A stretch of DNA of 64,000 nt, taken from the human T2T-CHM13v2.0 reference genome, Homo sapiens. The stretch's first letter is position 1, and each line of letters begins with the position of its first letter. Below the pieces are notes generated by a model. The model ran no database searches. It had not been told where the DNA came from and was given only the letters and a program-made list of their open reading frames with translations. Of the stretch, positions 41,724 through 56,676 are shown piece after piece. The stretch lies in the NCBI RefSeq assembly GCF_009914755.1, contig NC_060936.1, one strand, 5' to 3'. Made by a program: the position numbers and the translations under genes.

Positions 41724-41762
41724 CTTCTCCAGTTGACCTGCCACCTTTTTCTTCTTCTCATC
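41724..41762 (-). CDS. RBM19: RBM19 exon 4, 39-nt microexon (DEKKKKVAGQLEK)
   Basis: TTTTCAG|GAT acceptor, AAG|GTGAGT donor, phase 0/0. Confidence 0.93.
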
Positions 41763-41917
41763 CTGAAAACAGAAGGCACAGAGAGTGAGGGTCACACAGA
41801 TGAAGAGAGCTGGGAAACAGAACTGCACTGACCTGGGAGGGCCCATCTTTGGGAACCAAAAGTGAGTGACTACCCTGCTGGCAGTGGGGACAGAGGCTAG
41901 AGTGACCCTTTACATAC

Positions 41918-42037
41918 TTTCTTAATTTCTGGAGTAGTAGAGTCTTTTGGAGGCTGCTTGGGCTGGCTTGGTTTCTGGGCATGTTTGCTCCAGGCTCTGG
42001 GTTTGGCCGGGTCCCCGAATGACTTGCAGAACTCCAC
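41918..42037 (-). CDS. RBM19: RBM19 exon 3 (VEFCKS...PEIKK)
   Basis: CAG|GTG acceptor, AAA|GTATGT donor, 120 nt. Confidence 0.95.
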
Positions 42038-42892
42038 CTGTGTGGGAAAGAGAGTGATTTTCACACCTGCCATGGCACCCAGGCGTTGGGTGCTGCCCTT
42101 CGGCACCTGGGAGCTCGGGCATTTCAGACAACTGTCACTGCCTAGCTGAGTTTGCTGAAGTAGATTACACGTCACCCCTTAGCCTGGGCTTTCTTTCCCT
42201 TCAAGTCTAGAATACAATACTCTAACAGTCTATCATTATGAGTCTGTAATACTGTAATGGTAATAGCTGCCACTTACTGAGGAACTCCGCATGCCAGGTA
42301 CTGTCTGAAGTGCTCTGCAAGTACTGATACACCGAGCCTCTCATGTCAGTGACAGCTATGACTTTCTACAATTCAGATCAAGAAATTGGAGCATCAAGAA
42401 GTCAATTTCCCTGGCTTACCCAGGTAATAAGTGACAGAGTGAAGACTGGAACTCAGGGGGTCTCTGGGCTCTGGAACCTGAGTTCTTAACCATCCACTCT
42501 ACCGGGTGGCTGTGAGGATGGCATGAGATGACCTGGGCCAAGCACTCAACCAGGCTCTGGGCAGGGTAATGTGGGGCAGTGGCTACCACAGTTACCCCAC
42601 ACTGCCCTGGGTTAATTATCATAAAGTAAGCTCATCTGGCTCCAGAGAACAATTCTAGGGTGATAGGGGCACTGGGGTGACCACTGGAGGGACGGAAGAG
42701 TACTGGAGACCCAGCCTGAGCTGACGCACTATTCAGGCCCTAAAACCTCCAATACACTCCTCTGAGAGGACTTTGAGAGCGCTGGTTACTGGGGCATCCA
42801 CCACCGCAAGCCACTCCCAGCCACAGTTAAGGCTGACGCTGGTCAACCAACCACTGCCCCTGGGGGAAGGAGCTGCCATCTGGTTGCAATCC

Positions 42893-43233
<341 letters not shown>

Positions 43234-43782
43234 TAATAATGACATGCTCACGGTACAAAATTCAAATAATATACAAAAGTACAATGGAAGTTAAAAAAGA
43301 TGTACTCCAATTCCTATCACTCATGGAGAGGAATGATTAGTATTTTGGTACAAATCCTATCCTATGGCCTTCTATGCATTTATCATATATGTATGGATAG
43401 AGGAATACGATTGTGTCTATATAGGATCACGAGACATATATATATTTATCCATCATCTGTTTTTTCCTTCTCAACAAAGCATTAGAGATGTTTTTACGAA
43501 GTCACTAAATACACGAGTGACCTGAGTGGAGCCCACTCCTCCAGGAAGCTTTCCTGACTCCTCCCTGGTCCGGCTATAGATCTTTGTTCTCCCACAGTCC
43601 CTGGGGCTCACCCTATCATAGCACTGATGTCACTGAGCCAAAGCAGCCTGCTGACCTGTCAGCCCCCTGCCTGCCCAGAGACAGCAGGCTCCATGAGGAC
43701 AGGGGCTGAGGCATCACCTTTTTCTCTAAACTCCCAGCATCATTGAGTGCTTGCTAAATGCATGAGTGAATGGATGAGGTAG

Positions 43783-43960
43783 AGCTGTGGTTCTCAAGGT
43801 GTGGGCCTCAGACCAGCAGCATGGTCGTCACCTGAGGGCTTGTTGGATGTGTGAATTCTTGGGTCCTGACTCCATGCACTGAATCAGATGCTCTGGGGAC
43901 GGGCCCAGGAAGCTGTTATAATAAGCTCTCAGGTGATTTGTATGCACATGAAAGTGTGTG
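43783..43960. mobile_element. MER5A-like DNA transposon
   Basis: gtggttctcaaggtgtgg...gaccagcagcat...ctgaatcaga...caggtgattt. Confidence 0.7.
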
Positions 43961-44090
43961 AATCGGTGAGGAAGAAAACCAAAGACATCACAAAGTGAAG
44001 AGGGACGGTCTTTGAACTCAAGTGCTGAGTGAAAGATCAAACAACGTCACACTTGACAGGAAGGTAAGGGTGAGACTCCTGCCCACTCAC

Positions 44091-44273
44091 TGTGATCCGG
44101 GATGTGTCGATGAAGCTCTTGTTGAAATGCTTCTGTGCCTTCTGGGCCTCTTCCTCGGACTTGAAGCCAATAAAACCAAACTTGCGGAACTTGCCATCTT
44201 TGGTGAACTTCAGGCTGCAGTCTGTCAGCGTGCCGAAGGCGGCAAACAGCTGCCTGAAACGCTCCTCCTTCAT
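44091..44273 (-). CDS. RBM19: RBM19 exon 2 (MKEERF...DTSRIT; RRM1)
   Basis: TAG|ATG acceptor, ACA|GTGAGT donor, 183 nt; RNP1 KFGFIGF. Confidence 0.97.
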
Positions 44274-44654
44274 CTAGGACAGAGGGAAAGGAATGAGAGA
44301 CGAACTGGAAAGTCCCCAGAGCAAGGGGACAAAATGGGCTGGAAACCTGAGGCCACGAGATTCTCCAAGGGTGGCCTTAGATGAAGAGGGGCAGAGTGTA
44401 CTTTTCTAGTTACAACAGGTTCCAGCTCTGACTCTAGCACGAGTTGTGTGGCCTTGAGAAAGTCCCTTAACCACTCACTGATGTGGAAATCATGACTCAT
44501 AATGGCTGCAAATGACATCTTCCTACCCTATGGGGCTCCTATGAGGATAAGACCAATTACAGAAGCAGTATTACGTCTGCTACATAGTAGATACCTAATA
44601 AATACTTGTAGGAATAAATGAAAGAATGAACAGGCATGGTAAGCTATATATATC

Positions 44655-45112
44655 TTTGTTAATAAAGCCCCCCCAAAAGATGCCCACATCCTAATCCCTG
44701 GAAACTGTGGATATGTTACCTTACAAGGCAAAAGGGACTTGTCAGGTGTGACTGATATGGAGATGGGGAGATGATCTGGATTATGCAGCCAGGTCCAATG
44801 TCACCTCAAGGGTCCTTATGAGAGGGAGGCGGGAAGATCAGAGAAGATGGAAACAGAAAGATTGGAAGATGCTATGCTATTGGCTCCAAATATGGAGTAT
44901 ATAGCTATGAACCAAGGAAGGCAGGTGCTTCTAGAAGCTGAAAAAAGGCAAAGGGACAGATATTCCCACAGAGCTTCCAGAAGGACTGCAGCCCTGCCAA
45001 AGCCTTGATTTTAGGATTTCTGACCTGCAAAACTGTAAGATAAGGATTGTCTGGATTGTTTAAGCCACTAAGTTTGTGCTAATTTGCTATAGCTGCACTA
45101 AAAAACTAACAC
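44655..45112 (+). mobile_element. MLT1-type solo LTR
   Basis: cctaatccctggaaactgtggatatgttacctta...ccttgattttag...tttaagccactaagtttgtg...aaactaacaca. Confidence 0.82.
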
Positions 45113-46295
45113 ACTATTATTATAATTTGGTCAAGAAGCCCCACACTATGGAAAACAGGCTCCTGGCTTCTCACCATCTTCACTGCAGCCAGGCTACCCT
45201 CACAACTCAGTTTTCTAAGCAGATACTGGGATATTTGTGTGTGTGGTAGTGGAGTTGAGGGGACATTCAGGGCCCCACGAACAGCCAAAATAAGTTTGAA
45301 AATGCAAGAAGCTAGAGGCCTTGGCAGTCCAGCCAGAAGATGACATTTTCTGAGGTAGCTTCTTACTAACTGATCTAATCAAAATCTCAATCACACTGTG
45401 AGTTAGGAATTTTTGTCCACATTTTATAGAGAAAATGAAACTCATAAGGGATAAATGATCTGCCCAAGGCCTACAGAATCAAGGTTTGTGACTCAATTCA
45501 GAAATATAAGACAGTGAATTCAATTCCTCAGTGCCTGGGAGAGACCTGGCTCAAGTCTGAATCCATCATTCCTTTGCCAAAAACCTTTCGGTGACTTTCT
45601 GGCACCAAAGTCTCAAGGACGAGCACCTAAAGGAAAACATGCAATTCTTCAAGATCTGCCCTGACCAACCTCTTCAGCACCACGCTTTGACAAATTTCTC
45701 ACAGCCTTCTCACTTCCGAGGTTTTACTTTGGTTGTCCCCTCTGGGTGATATTTCCCAAGACAGGCCCTGGCTAACTCCTCATTCTCAGTTCAATCATCT
45801 CCTATTCCAGGAGGCCTTTCTTAGATGCCTTAGATGGACGAGATAACCAACCCTCACTGTGCTCCCACAGCACTCGGTTCACATGTCAGTGATGCACCTT
45901 GCATCGTAATGATCTGGTGCCTCTCTTTTCTGCTGGCCTGCAAGTCCCATTAAAAATAAGGACACAGGCTTATCCACCTCTATCTACAGTGTCAGCAATA
46001 TCACAAGTACTCACTACTAATTATTTCCTCAATTCAATCCCTAAACTAAAGATTGCTCAATTCAATCCCTGCTCTATAAATTACACCAGTGTGTGACCTC
46101 AGGCAAATCCCTGTACCTCGCTGTATCTTGGTTTCTTTACCTTTAAAATGGGCGTAAAAATAAAACTTACCTCACAGGGATATGGTGAGGATTAAATGTT
46201 ACTTTACCTAAAGCACCTGGAACAGTGCCTGGCACACAGTAAACTCTCCAAGTGTCAGCTGCAACTGCCCTTGTTTTTATTATTCTTTCATTCAT

Positions 46296-46438
46296 GAGAT
46301 AAGACAAACAATGATAAGAGAGTCAACTACACTGTGAAGTGCAACAAAGCTGAATTTGGGAAGAAAAGGAAGTGCAGCCACGCTAAAAATCCTCATCGCA
46401 CAAAGCAAGGCATCAAGAGACATGTCTAACCTGATGGA
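46296..46438 (+). repeat. Local direct repeat C, copy 1
   Basis: GAGATAAGACAAACAATGATAAGAGA identical at 46296 and 47215. Confidence 0.92.
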
Positions 46439-46848
46439 TGGATGAGTAATAGATATTTTTAAGTATACTACTCAGAGATTATAACAGGATAATTAAAAAC
46501 AAGAATATTACAGACACTGGAGAGGAGGAACAGATGATCTAAATTCCTTATTTTTCACAGTTGAGGCCTAGCAGATAGTCACTGGGGCAGGCAGGTCAAA
46601 AGGAGGAAAGTACACTCCTCGAATATACAGAGATACATGTGAGGAGTCCCAAAAACAAATCAATGAAGATGGTTACTCCTGGACAGAGAGGGAAGGTAGG
46701 ACAGAGCAAAGACTTTGCTACTCATGTTATACACTACTATACTGTTTGAATTTTGAAAACTGTGTGTTACAAAGTTCCTTTGTCCCACCTGACAAATGAA
46801 AAAAAAAAAAGGAAAGGAAAAAACTCACAACATTAGAACAGAAATGGG

Positions 46849-47357
<509 letters not shown>

Positions 47358-47899
47358 AGGAGCAGTAATCCATTTAAAAACAAAAAAACAAAACAGAACA
47401 AAAAACAGCGAGAGAGAGAAAAAAGGATGATCCATTCGAGCCCACCGCATCTAATCATCTAATATTACGTACATTCACCTATTTTGCCTACCACGTGTCG
47501 GGTTCTGCGCTGGGCTCCAGGGAAACAAAAAAGTATGGCTGGGTCACCACTCCCCACTTACTGGATAAATGCTGTAAAGCCCTTTACCCACTCCGTATTC
47601 CTACTTGCCCTAAGGATGGGAGTGGGAATTGGAACGCAGGTCCGCAGATTAATATTCCCCATGTCTTCCCCAACAGTTTCCAGACTGGGAGAGGAATATA
47701 AATACAGTGTCGGACCATGTCCCGGGTCAACAACTAAAAAACAGTGATCGAATGAAAGAGGTTGTGGGAGCAGGGTATTCGCCACAAGGTGGGAGTTGTC
47801 ATCTCCCCGAGAAGAGGTGTGTTAGGAGTCAGGTACCAAACAACCGGCCGTGAAACCGTAAGCAGTCACTATTCCTCTTTCCTCGGGATCAAATGGGGA

Positions 47900-48450
47900 T
47901 AAGCCCAGGATCCCGCCCCCTTTGAGTTCAGAATTGGCCCGGAGTCCTGCCCCAGAGCAAAAATTCTTCGATCACCTCCAGGCATCTCTTCCCTACCTCA
48001 CAGCTCCCGGCTGGTCTCATTTCAGATTCCCAAGTCCTGCCTCTGCACTCACCCCATTCGGGAGATTCTTCACGATCAGTCGCGACATGGCGCAGGGTCC
48101 CCGCTGTTTTGATTCCAACACGACTGGTCAGCGTCTTCCACCAAGTTTCACGCTACCGCCCTGGGCGCCGCCATCTTTACCGAGCCGGAACACAGTCACG
48201 TGGCTGAGACCTTGGCCTGACCTGTCCGGAAGTAGGCGTGGCTAATCCAAAACTACTCAGGGAGGTCACACCCCACAAGGGGTGGGCCTGGGCGCTTGCA
48301 TTTTGCGCAGGCGCAGGGCCTTGGGCGGATTCTGTGAGACGCCAATGCAGCGGAGAAGGCGGCAGGGGGCGCCGGTCCCTAACATGCGCCGGTTTAGCTC
48401 GGTGTTAAGGGTCGCGCCAACCGGGCAATCGCGTTCTCTCCTTTTTCTTA
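47900..48450. promoter_or_regulatory. CpG-island promoter of RBM19
   Basis: Sharp local CpG enrichment around exon 1; YY1 motif AAGATGGCGGC (minus, 48167-48177), E-box GTCACGTGG (48195-48203), ETS CCGGAAGT (48226-48233), NRF1 TGCGCAGGCGCA (48304-48315), CCAAT (48342-48346); no obvious TATA box. Confidence 0.88.
48053..48088 (-). CDS. RBM19: RBM19 exon 1 coding part (MSRLIVKNLPNG; RRM1 RNP2)
   Basis: GCCATGT start at 48088; donor GGG|GTGAGT; 36 nt, phase 0. Confidence 0.96.
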
Positions 48451-49129
48451 TTTTATTTTTATTATTGAGCCTTAGGACTCCCCTGAGAACGGGGGCAAGA
48501 TTAGGGACCCTTGCCTTCCTCGTAGAAATGGGGAAAGTGAAGTTTAGAGAGATTGCCAGCCAACACAAATCAAGTATTGAGCCTTTTGTGTAAATACTTG
48601 GAATGAACATGTTGGAAATAAACGCTCTCATTTTGCAGGCAGATAAACTGGGAATCGTGCGTGTAAAGCAGCTTGCTCAAAGTCTTATAACTATGAATTG
48701 GAAAGTCAGATTCGAGCTAGGGACTGCCTAGGGCCCTACAATGAGTCTCTACGCCTTCAACCCCAGCCCCACAAGCATTTTGCCTCCCTTCCTAATGTTT
48801 GGAACTCTCAGCTGGCCAATCTTCTAGCTGAGAGATCTTGGCCAAAATGGCCTCTGAGCCTTTGTGTCTACTTCTATAAAATGGGAATAATTCTTTATTA
48901 TGCTAGGGGTTAAGGAGGTGAGAACGTGAAAGGGATGTTATTTTCCTATTGCTTCTCTGAGCATTCTCGGTACCTACTCTTGGATGGAGACATCCTATGA
49001 AAACCCCTATTTTCACTCTTAAATGACGGTATTTCCTTTCTGTTTCCCCACAGTGCCTCAGCTGCACTGGACGTTGCTGCCAAGCTTCTGCAATTTCCTT
49101 CACCTAAAAGACATTCCGTCCCCCCTTCT

Positions 49130-50230
<1,101 letters not shown>

Positions 50231-50689
50231 TGAACCCATTCCCATCCCCTCTCTAAGACCAGCTCAAACATGGCATCCTCGAATATGCCTCTTTCCTACT
50301 GAGCCCCAAATGCAGGGAGCTCATGCATCTGCCACAGCATAAACCTACAGAACTCGCTGGTGAGGAGCGCACAGTGTAGGTTCAGAGTTATAGATGAGGC
50401 CACTTGTTCTTTCTACATTATGTTGCCATAGGGGCATCCTTAGATCCATCTTTGCAAAGCATCACACTGGGCACCAGGAGGAGACAGGTAATAGGAGTTC
50501 ATTAAATGCTAATTGTAAATTAAGGTCTGTCCATTCAACAGAATTCTATGCAGTTGTTAAAAAACGGTAGGTATGTAGCTATAAATGTTTTTGAAGGAAA
50601 TGCATCAGTCAGCAGGACACAGAGGTATACTCAAAAGGATTTAACAAAAGCAAATCTGGACAAAAAGCTATTTACAGAAGGGTGGGCAG

Positions 50690-51493
50690 TGTAGTGGGAT
50701 GAATGATCCCCTGTCCCCTCACCACCACACACACTGGGGGCATCCTGACCCCTGGAAGCTGTAAATGTGACTTTATTTGCAAAAAAGTGTTGTATTAGTT
50801 TGTTCTCACGCTGCTAATGAAGACATACCTGAGACTGGGTAATTTATAAAGGAAAGAGATTTAATGGACTCACAGTTCCACATGGCTGGGGAGGCCTCAC
50901 AATCATGGTGGAAGAGCAAGGGATGTCTTACCTGGTGGCAGGCAAAGAGAGAATGAGAACCAAGTGAAAGGCTTTCCCCTTATAAAACCATCAGATCTCG
51001 TGAGACTTATTCACTACCACGAAAACAGTATGGGGAAACCACCCCCATAATTCAATTATCTCCCACTGGGTCCCTCCCAGGACACGTGGGGATTATGGGA
51101 GCTACAATTCAAGATGAGATTTGGTGGGGACACAGCCAAACCATATCAAGGGTCTTTGCAAATGTACTTAAGGGTCTCAAAATGAGATCATCCTGAATTA
51201 TCCTGGTAGACCCTAAATCCAATGACACATGTCCTTTTAAAGGACACACAGAGAACGTCATGTGTAGGTGGAGGTAGAGTCTGGAGTGATGCAGTCACAA
51301 GTCAACGAAGACCTGGAGCCACCAGAAGCTGAAAGAAGCAAGGAAGCGTTCTCCCTTGGAGGTTTTGGAGGGAGCATGGCCCTGCTGGTGCTTTGGGGGA
51401 TTCTGGCCTCCAGAAATGTGAGAGAATAACTTTGCATTGTTATGCCATCTAATTTGTGGTAATTTGAGACAGCACCTGCAGCAAATGAATACA
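50690..51493 (+). mobile_element. MLT1-type LTR hosting a THE1 insertion
   Basis: gtaaatgtgactttatttg[THE1]gggtctttgcaaatg...ccctaaatccaatgac...aaatgaataca. Confidence 0.75.
50791..51148 (-). mobile_element. THE1-family MaLR solo LTR
   Basis: Minus strand begins TGATATGGTTTGGCTGTGTCCCC and ends CTAATACA; 5-bp TSD AGTGT/AGGGT. Confidence 0.9.
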
Positions 51494-52049
51494 GGAAGGG
51501 TTAAGGGAACCAACAAAGGATGGCCAAACCCCAGGGCCTGGCAACAGTGGGGAGCTATCACCACCCCTGGGGCTGAAGGGCAGAGTAGGACATGTCATTC
51601 CTGAGCTTCAGTGATGCCAGGAGCCATGGAAGAGGGACGTACTTTAAGGACTAGAGCTATAGAGAGATACAGCCACTGTGGAACCACAGGTGTGTGTGTG
51701 TCGGGGATAAATACACTGTCCCCTCTTTCTCTTCCCAACTGCAGTTTCCTACTGGAGCCTCCCCTTGGCCGAACCAATGGGAAGCTGGAGGCATGATCAC
51801 AGATGTTGCAGTGCACACAGATTGCATCTGGGGCACAGAGCAAAGTGGAGGAGCAGGCTCAGGGAATGGGAGATGGGCTGTTAGAGAAGAACTAGCACAT
51901 GGGACATGGGACAATCTCCAAAATATATTGTTAAGTGAAAACCAGCAATATACTAAATAATGTATTATGTATGCTTTCACTTAGGTAAAAACAAAACACA
52001 CACACAAAAAAAGGAGGGAGATGGGTGAGGATACATAGATACTTGTCAT

Positions 52050-52452
52050 GTTTGTAGGCCAGGGTAGTCGTAAATTTCCAAATGTATTGTCTTGCAGTTC
52101 TGAAGGCTAGAAGTTCGAGATGAAGGTGTTGGCAGCGCCGGTTCCTTCTGAGAGCCGTGAGGTTGAATCTGTTCCTCCCTGTCTCACTTCTGGTGGTGTG
52201 CTGGCAATCTTTGACACTCTTTGGCCTGTAGACATGTCACCCCGATCTCAGCCTTCATCTCCACATGACAGTCTCCCTGTGTCCATGAGTTCATGTTCAA
52301 ACTTCCCCATTTTAAAAGACATTGGATTAGAGCTAATTCTAATGACCTCATTTTAATATAGTTACCTCTGTAAACACTCTATTTCCAAATAACATCACTT
52401 TGTGAGGTATGAAAAGTTAAGACTCCAACATAGGAATTTGGAGGGGACACTA
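52050..52452 (-). mobile_element. MLT1-type LTR
   Basis: cttgcagttctgaaggctagaagttcgagatgaaggtg...ctaatgacctcattttaa. Confidence 0.75.
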
Positions 52453-52802
52453 TATATGATTTATGTAAGCAAAGGCGATCTCAAAAGATACATGAGGAAG
52501 TGGTAACAGCAGTTGCTTCTGGGGAGGGGACCGAGGAAGTGAGTATACGGATGGATGGAAATGTCCTTTACCTTGAGTAACCTTTTATAATTTTGATATT
52601 TCATTATGAAAAAATTACCTATTATTTTTAATACATTAAAATGTTAATCATGTATAAACTACATCTGCATATATTTATACTTAACCATAGGGTAAAGTCA
52701 ACAAGCATGTATATTAATTGTGGGCATTTCTGCAGGATGGCTTTGGAGGGGTGAAATTGTAGGGAGCCCAGTAAATCTTTATGTATTTATTTTGGGTTTT
52801 GT

Positions 52803-53303
52803 CTTTTTTTTTTTTTTGAGACGGTAACTGGGATTATAGGTGCACACCACCGTGCCTGGCTAATTGTTTGTATTTTTATTACAGATGGGTTTCACTGTGT
52901 TGGCCAGGCTGGTCTCAAATTCCAGACCTCAAGTGATCCACCGGCCTTGGCCTCCCAAAGTGCTTGGATTACAGGCATGAGTGACTGTGTCTGGCCTTTT
53001 TTTTTTTTTTTTTTTTTTTTTTGAGACAAGGTCTTGCTCTGTTGCCCAGACTGGAGTGCTGTGGTGTGATCAGGCCTTACTGCTGCCTTGATCTCCTGAG
53101 CACAAGTGATCCTCCTTCCTCAGCCTCCGAAGTGGGTGGGACTACATGCATGCATTACCACACCCAGCTAATTTTTAAATTTTTTGTAGAGACAGGGTCT
53201 GGCTTTGTTGCCCAGGCTGGTCTCAAATTTCTGGGCTCAAGTGATCCTCTCGCTTTGGCCTCCCAAAGTGCTGGGATCACAGGTGCACGCCACCATGCCC
53301 GGT
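52803..53303 (-). mobile_element. Two adjacent minus-strand Alus (first internally deleted)
   Basis: Two poly-T tracts, each followed by Alu arms. Confidence 0.88.
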
Positions 53304-53514
53304 CTGTATATGTTTTAAATCAGAGATTGGCAAACTTTTTCTTAAAAAGTCAGAGAGTATTTCACTATGTGGTCTCTAATGCAACTTCTGCATCCTGCTA
53401 CTGTATTTTGAACACATCCAGAGCTAACATCTGTGGCCGTGTTCCAATAAAACTTTATTTACAAAACCAGGAAGCCACCCCATGAGCTATAGTTTTAAGT
53501 TACAGGATTATGGG

Positions 53515-53975
53515 GTGTATTGATTTTCTAGGGCTTCTATATCAAATTACCAGAAACTGGATGGCTTCAAACAACAGAAGTGTATTCTCTTGCAGTTCTG
53601 GAGGCCAGGAATTTAAAATCAAGGTGTCAGCAGCGCAGTGGTCTCTCCAAAGGCTCAAAGTGGAAGGATCCTTTTTTGTCTCCTCCAGTTTCTGGTGGCG
53701 GTAGGTATTCCTTGGCTTGTGGCTGCATAGCGTCCGTCTCTGCCTCTGTTTTCACATGACCTTCTCCACTCTGGTGTCTGAGTCAAATCCACCTCCCTAT
53801 GCTTCCTCTTAGCAGGACACCTGCCATTAAGCTTAGGACCCACTGTAACTCCAGGTCAATCTCATCTTGAGATCCATAGGTGATTATATCTGCATAGACC
53901 CTTTTTCCAAAAAGAGTCACATTCACAGGTTTTGAGGATTAGGATGTAGGCATATCTTTTGGGGGCTGCTGTTCG
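53515..53975 (-). mobile_element. MLT1-type LTR
   Basis: tgtattgatttt...cagttctggaggccagg...gtcacattcacaggtt. Confidence 0.8.
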
Positions 53976-54137
53976 ACCCATGAGATCTGCTTGCTTTGTA
54001 GTAGTCTACTCTGAAGATCAGATTTCACCCTCTCTCTGTCTTGTGTAGACTGTCTATTCAATTAAAACACATATGCATGTAAAAATGTACCCTCAAGCCT
54101 GGAGTCGATGACTTACGGGTCACTGTGTTTCAAAGTC

Positions 54138-54279
54138 AACAGATATTTATTGTTATGTCTTTAATTAAATAATAACTGGAGGGTTGTTTCCTGCATACTG
54201 TGATATTTAACAGATATTTATTGATATGTGATATGAATTAAATGACAACTGGGGGGTTGTTTGCTCTAAACCGTGACCC
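54138..54279. repeat. Two tandem copies of a 71-bp AT-rich unit
   Basis: AACAGATATTTATTG at 54138 and 54209, each followed by aactgg(a/g)gggttgttt. Confidence 0.8.
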
Positions 54280-54785
54280 TCGTTAGGGTGGGCTGGGGCA
54301 GGCTTTATGAGGCAGCTCTGAGATATTAGTTTTACAAGAGGGCCAATGTTGCCCAGCCAGTCCTAGTTTCACATACTTTTATTATTTTCATGAACTGCCT
54401 TTATTAAAACATACAATTCAATGTAGCCTGCCCTAAAAAAATTCACAAATCAGAAGGTCTTTCAAAGGTATTAAAAGAAAATAGAATGCCAGTTACGAAT
54501 CCCCACATCCCAATTCTGGGTCCAGAAAATATGGTTGCCACATGTGGGGAGGAGAGACCATTCTCAGGCCATATATTCCCGTGCATTTAATAAGCAGCCA
54601 CATTATAACATTATTATTAGTCTTCCTGCTCTCCAGCCTTCCTGTTTTGTCTCCTGCCTCCTTTTTTCTCCCATCAGAACTAATCCAGGGGCACCTAGAT
54701 GCCACCAGGTTGGGCTCTCCAATTATACCTAGATGTTTAAAAAATTCAGTCCCGTCTAAGCCAGCTCCATCCCTGGGCTTCATCA

Positions 54786-55059
<274 letters not shown>

Positions 55060-55419
55060 GCATAAGTGTACGTACTTGAGGACGTGAGAGAAGTAGTGCC
55101 TGGTCCCTGAGGGAATTAACTTCTCAGCTGGAGAAAGGCCAGTTATTGGGGAGGGATTCTAGAAGGTTCTAGAAGAGAATGGAGACAGGAGAGGAAAGCA
55201 AACTTGATTTCCTTCCTATGTCAGTTGGTCCCCATGAGTGGGACCAATGGGCACCCAGATGCTGTGGCTAGAAACCTAGGGGTCATCCTCAGCCCACCCC
55301 TCACTCATCAGCCTATGTCTAACCCATCATCAAGTTCTGCCAACCCCATTTTTTAAAGATTTGCCAAACACATCATCTTTTCCGTCTCCACCGCTATCAG
55401 GCTAGTCCAAGCCCATATT

Positions 55420-55850
55420 GTATTCATTTCCTGTAGCTGCTGTAACAACCCCAAATTTAGTGGCTTAAAACCACACACATTTATGATCTGCAGTCTGGAC
55501 AGCAGAAACGCTAAAGCCGAGGGTGGCGGGGTAGGGGGGCGGTGGCAGGGCTGCTTCCCTCTGGAGGCTGCAGGGGAGAACCTGTTTCCCTTAGCTCGCG
55601 GCTCCTCCCTCCATCCTCAAAGTTCTCTCTTTGACCCTCTGGGCTGTGGTCACATCTCCTCTTCACTCTGACCCTCCTGCTGCACCTTTGTCACTACACT
55701 GGGCTCACCTGGATAATCCAGGGTCATCTCCTCACCTCAAAATCCTTAATTTATCAACTGAAAAAGTCCCTTTGCTATAGAAGGCGATGTACTTACAGGT
55801 TCCCGGGATTAGGACGTAGACACCACTGGTGGACGTTATTCAGCCCACCA
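55420..55850 (-). mobile_element. MLT1-type LTR
   Basis: tgtattcatttcctgtagctgctgtaac...tggataatccaggg...acaggttcccgggattaggacg. Confidence 0.75.
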
Positions 55851-56274
55851 AACCTATCATCTTGCCCATGTTATTCCAGCAGCCCCCTCATTGGTCCCCT
55901 TGTTCTGTCTTTTACTTCTACGGTCTTGTTAAAACAAAAGCCAGACTGACCAGTGCCTTCTCTGCCTAAGCCTCCCAGTGCCCCCAGGGCCTGACCCAAA
56001 GAAGAAGGCGTCACCTCAGCCTCTGACTTTGCTTCATCCCTTCTAGCCTCCCTGCTCATCCTCAACCCCCTCCTGCAGGATTCTGCCCCGAGACCTTTGC
56101 AATCTGCCATGTTCTCTGCCTAGAGCACCTTTCCCCCTCCATGGGTCCCCTCTGTCACTTCCCCCAGGTGTCTGATCAAAGTTCATCTTCCCAGAAAAGC
56201 CTTCCCTGGCCACCATCTCTGAAAGGGCACCAACCATTCCATTCTACCCCATCCCTCTCATCCCCCATAGTCCA

Positions 56275-56676
<402 letters not shown>

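Noticed and set aside
41012-41831. Repetitive ORFs on both strands in intron 4
   Set aside because: Caused by a 33-bp stop-free minisatellite; intron 4 retention hits a stop at 41649-41651.
48266-48631. 103-aa and 121-aa ORFs beside the promoter
   Set aside because: GC-rich promoter sequence, non-ATG starts in the track, no recognisable protein; a divergent coding gene is unsupported.
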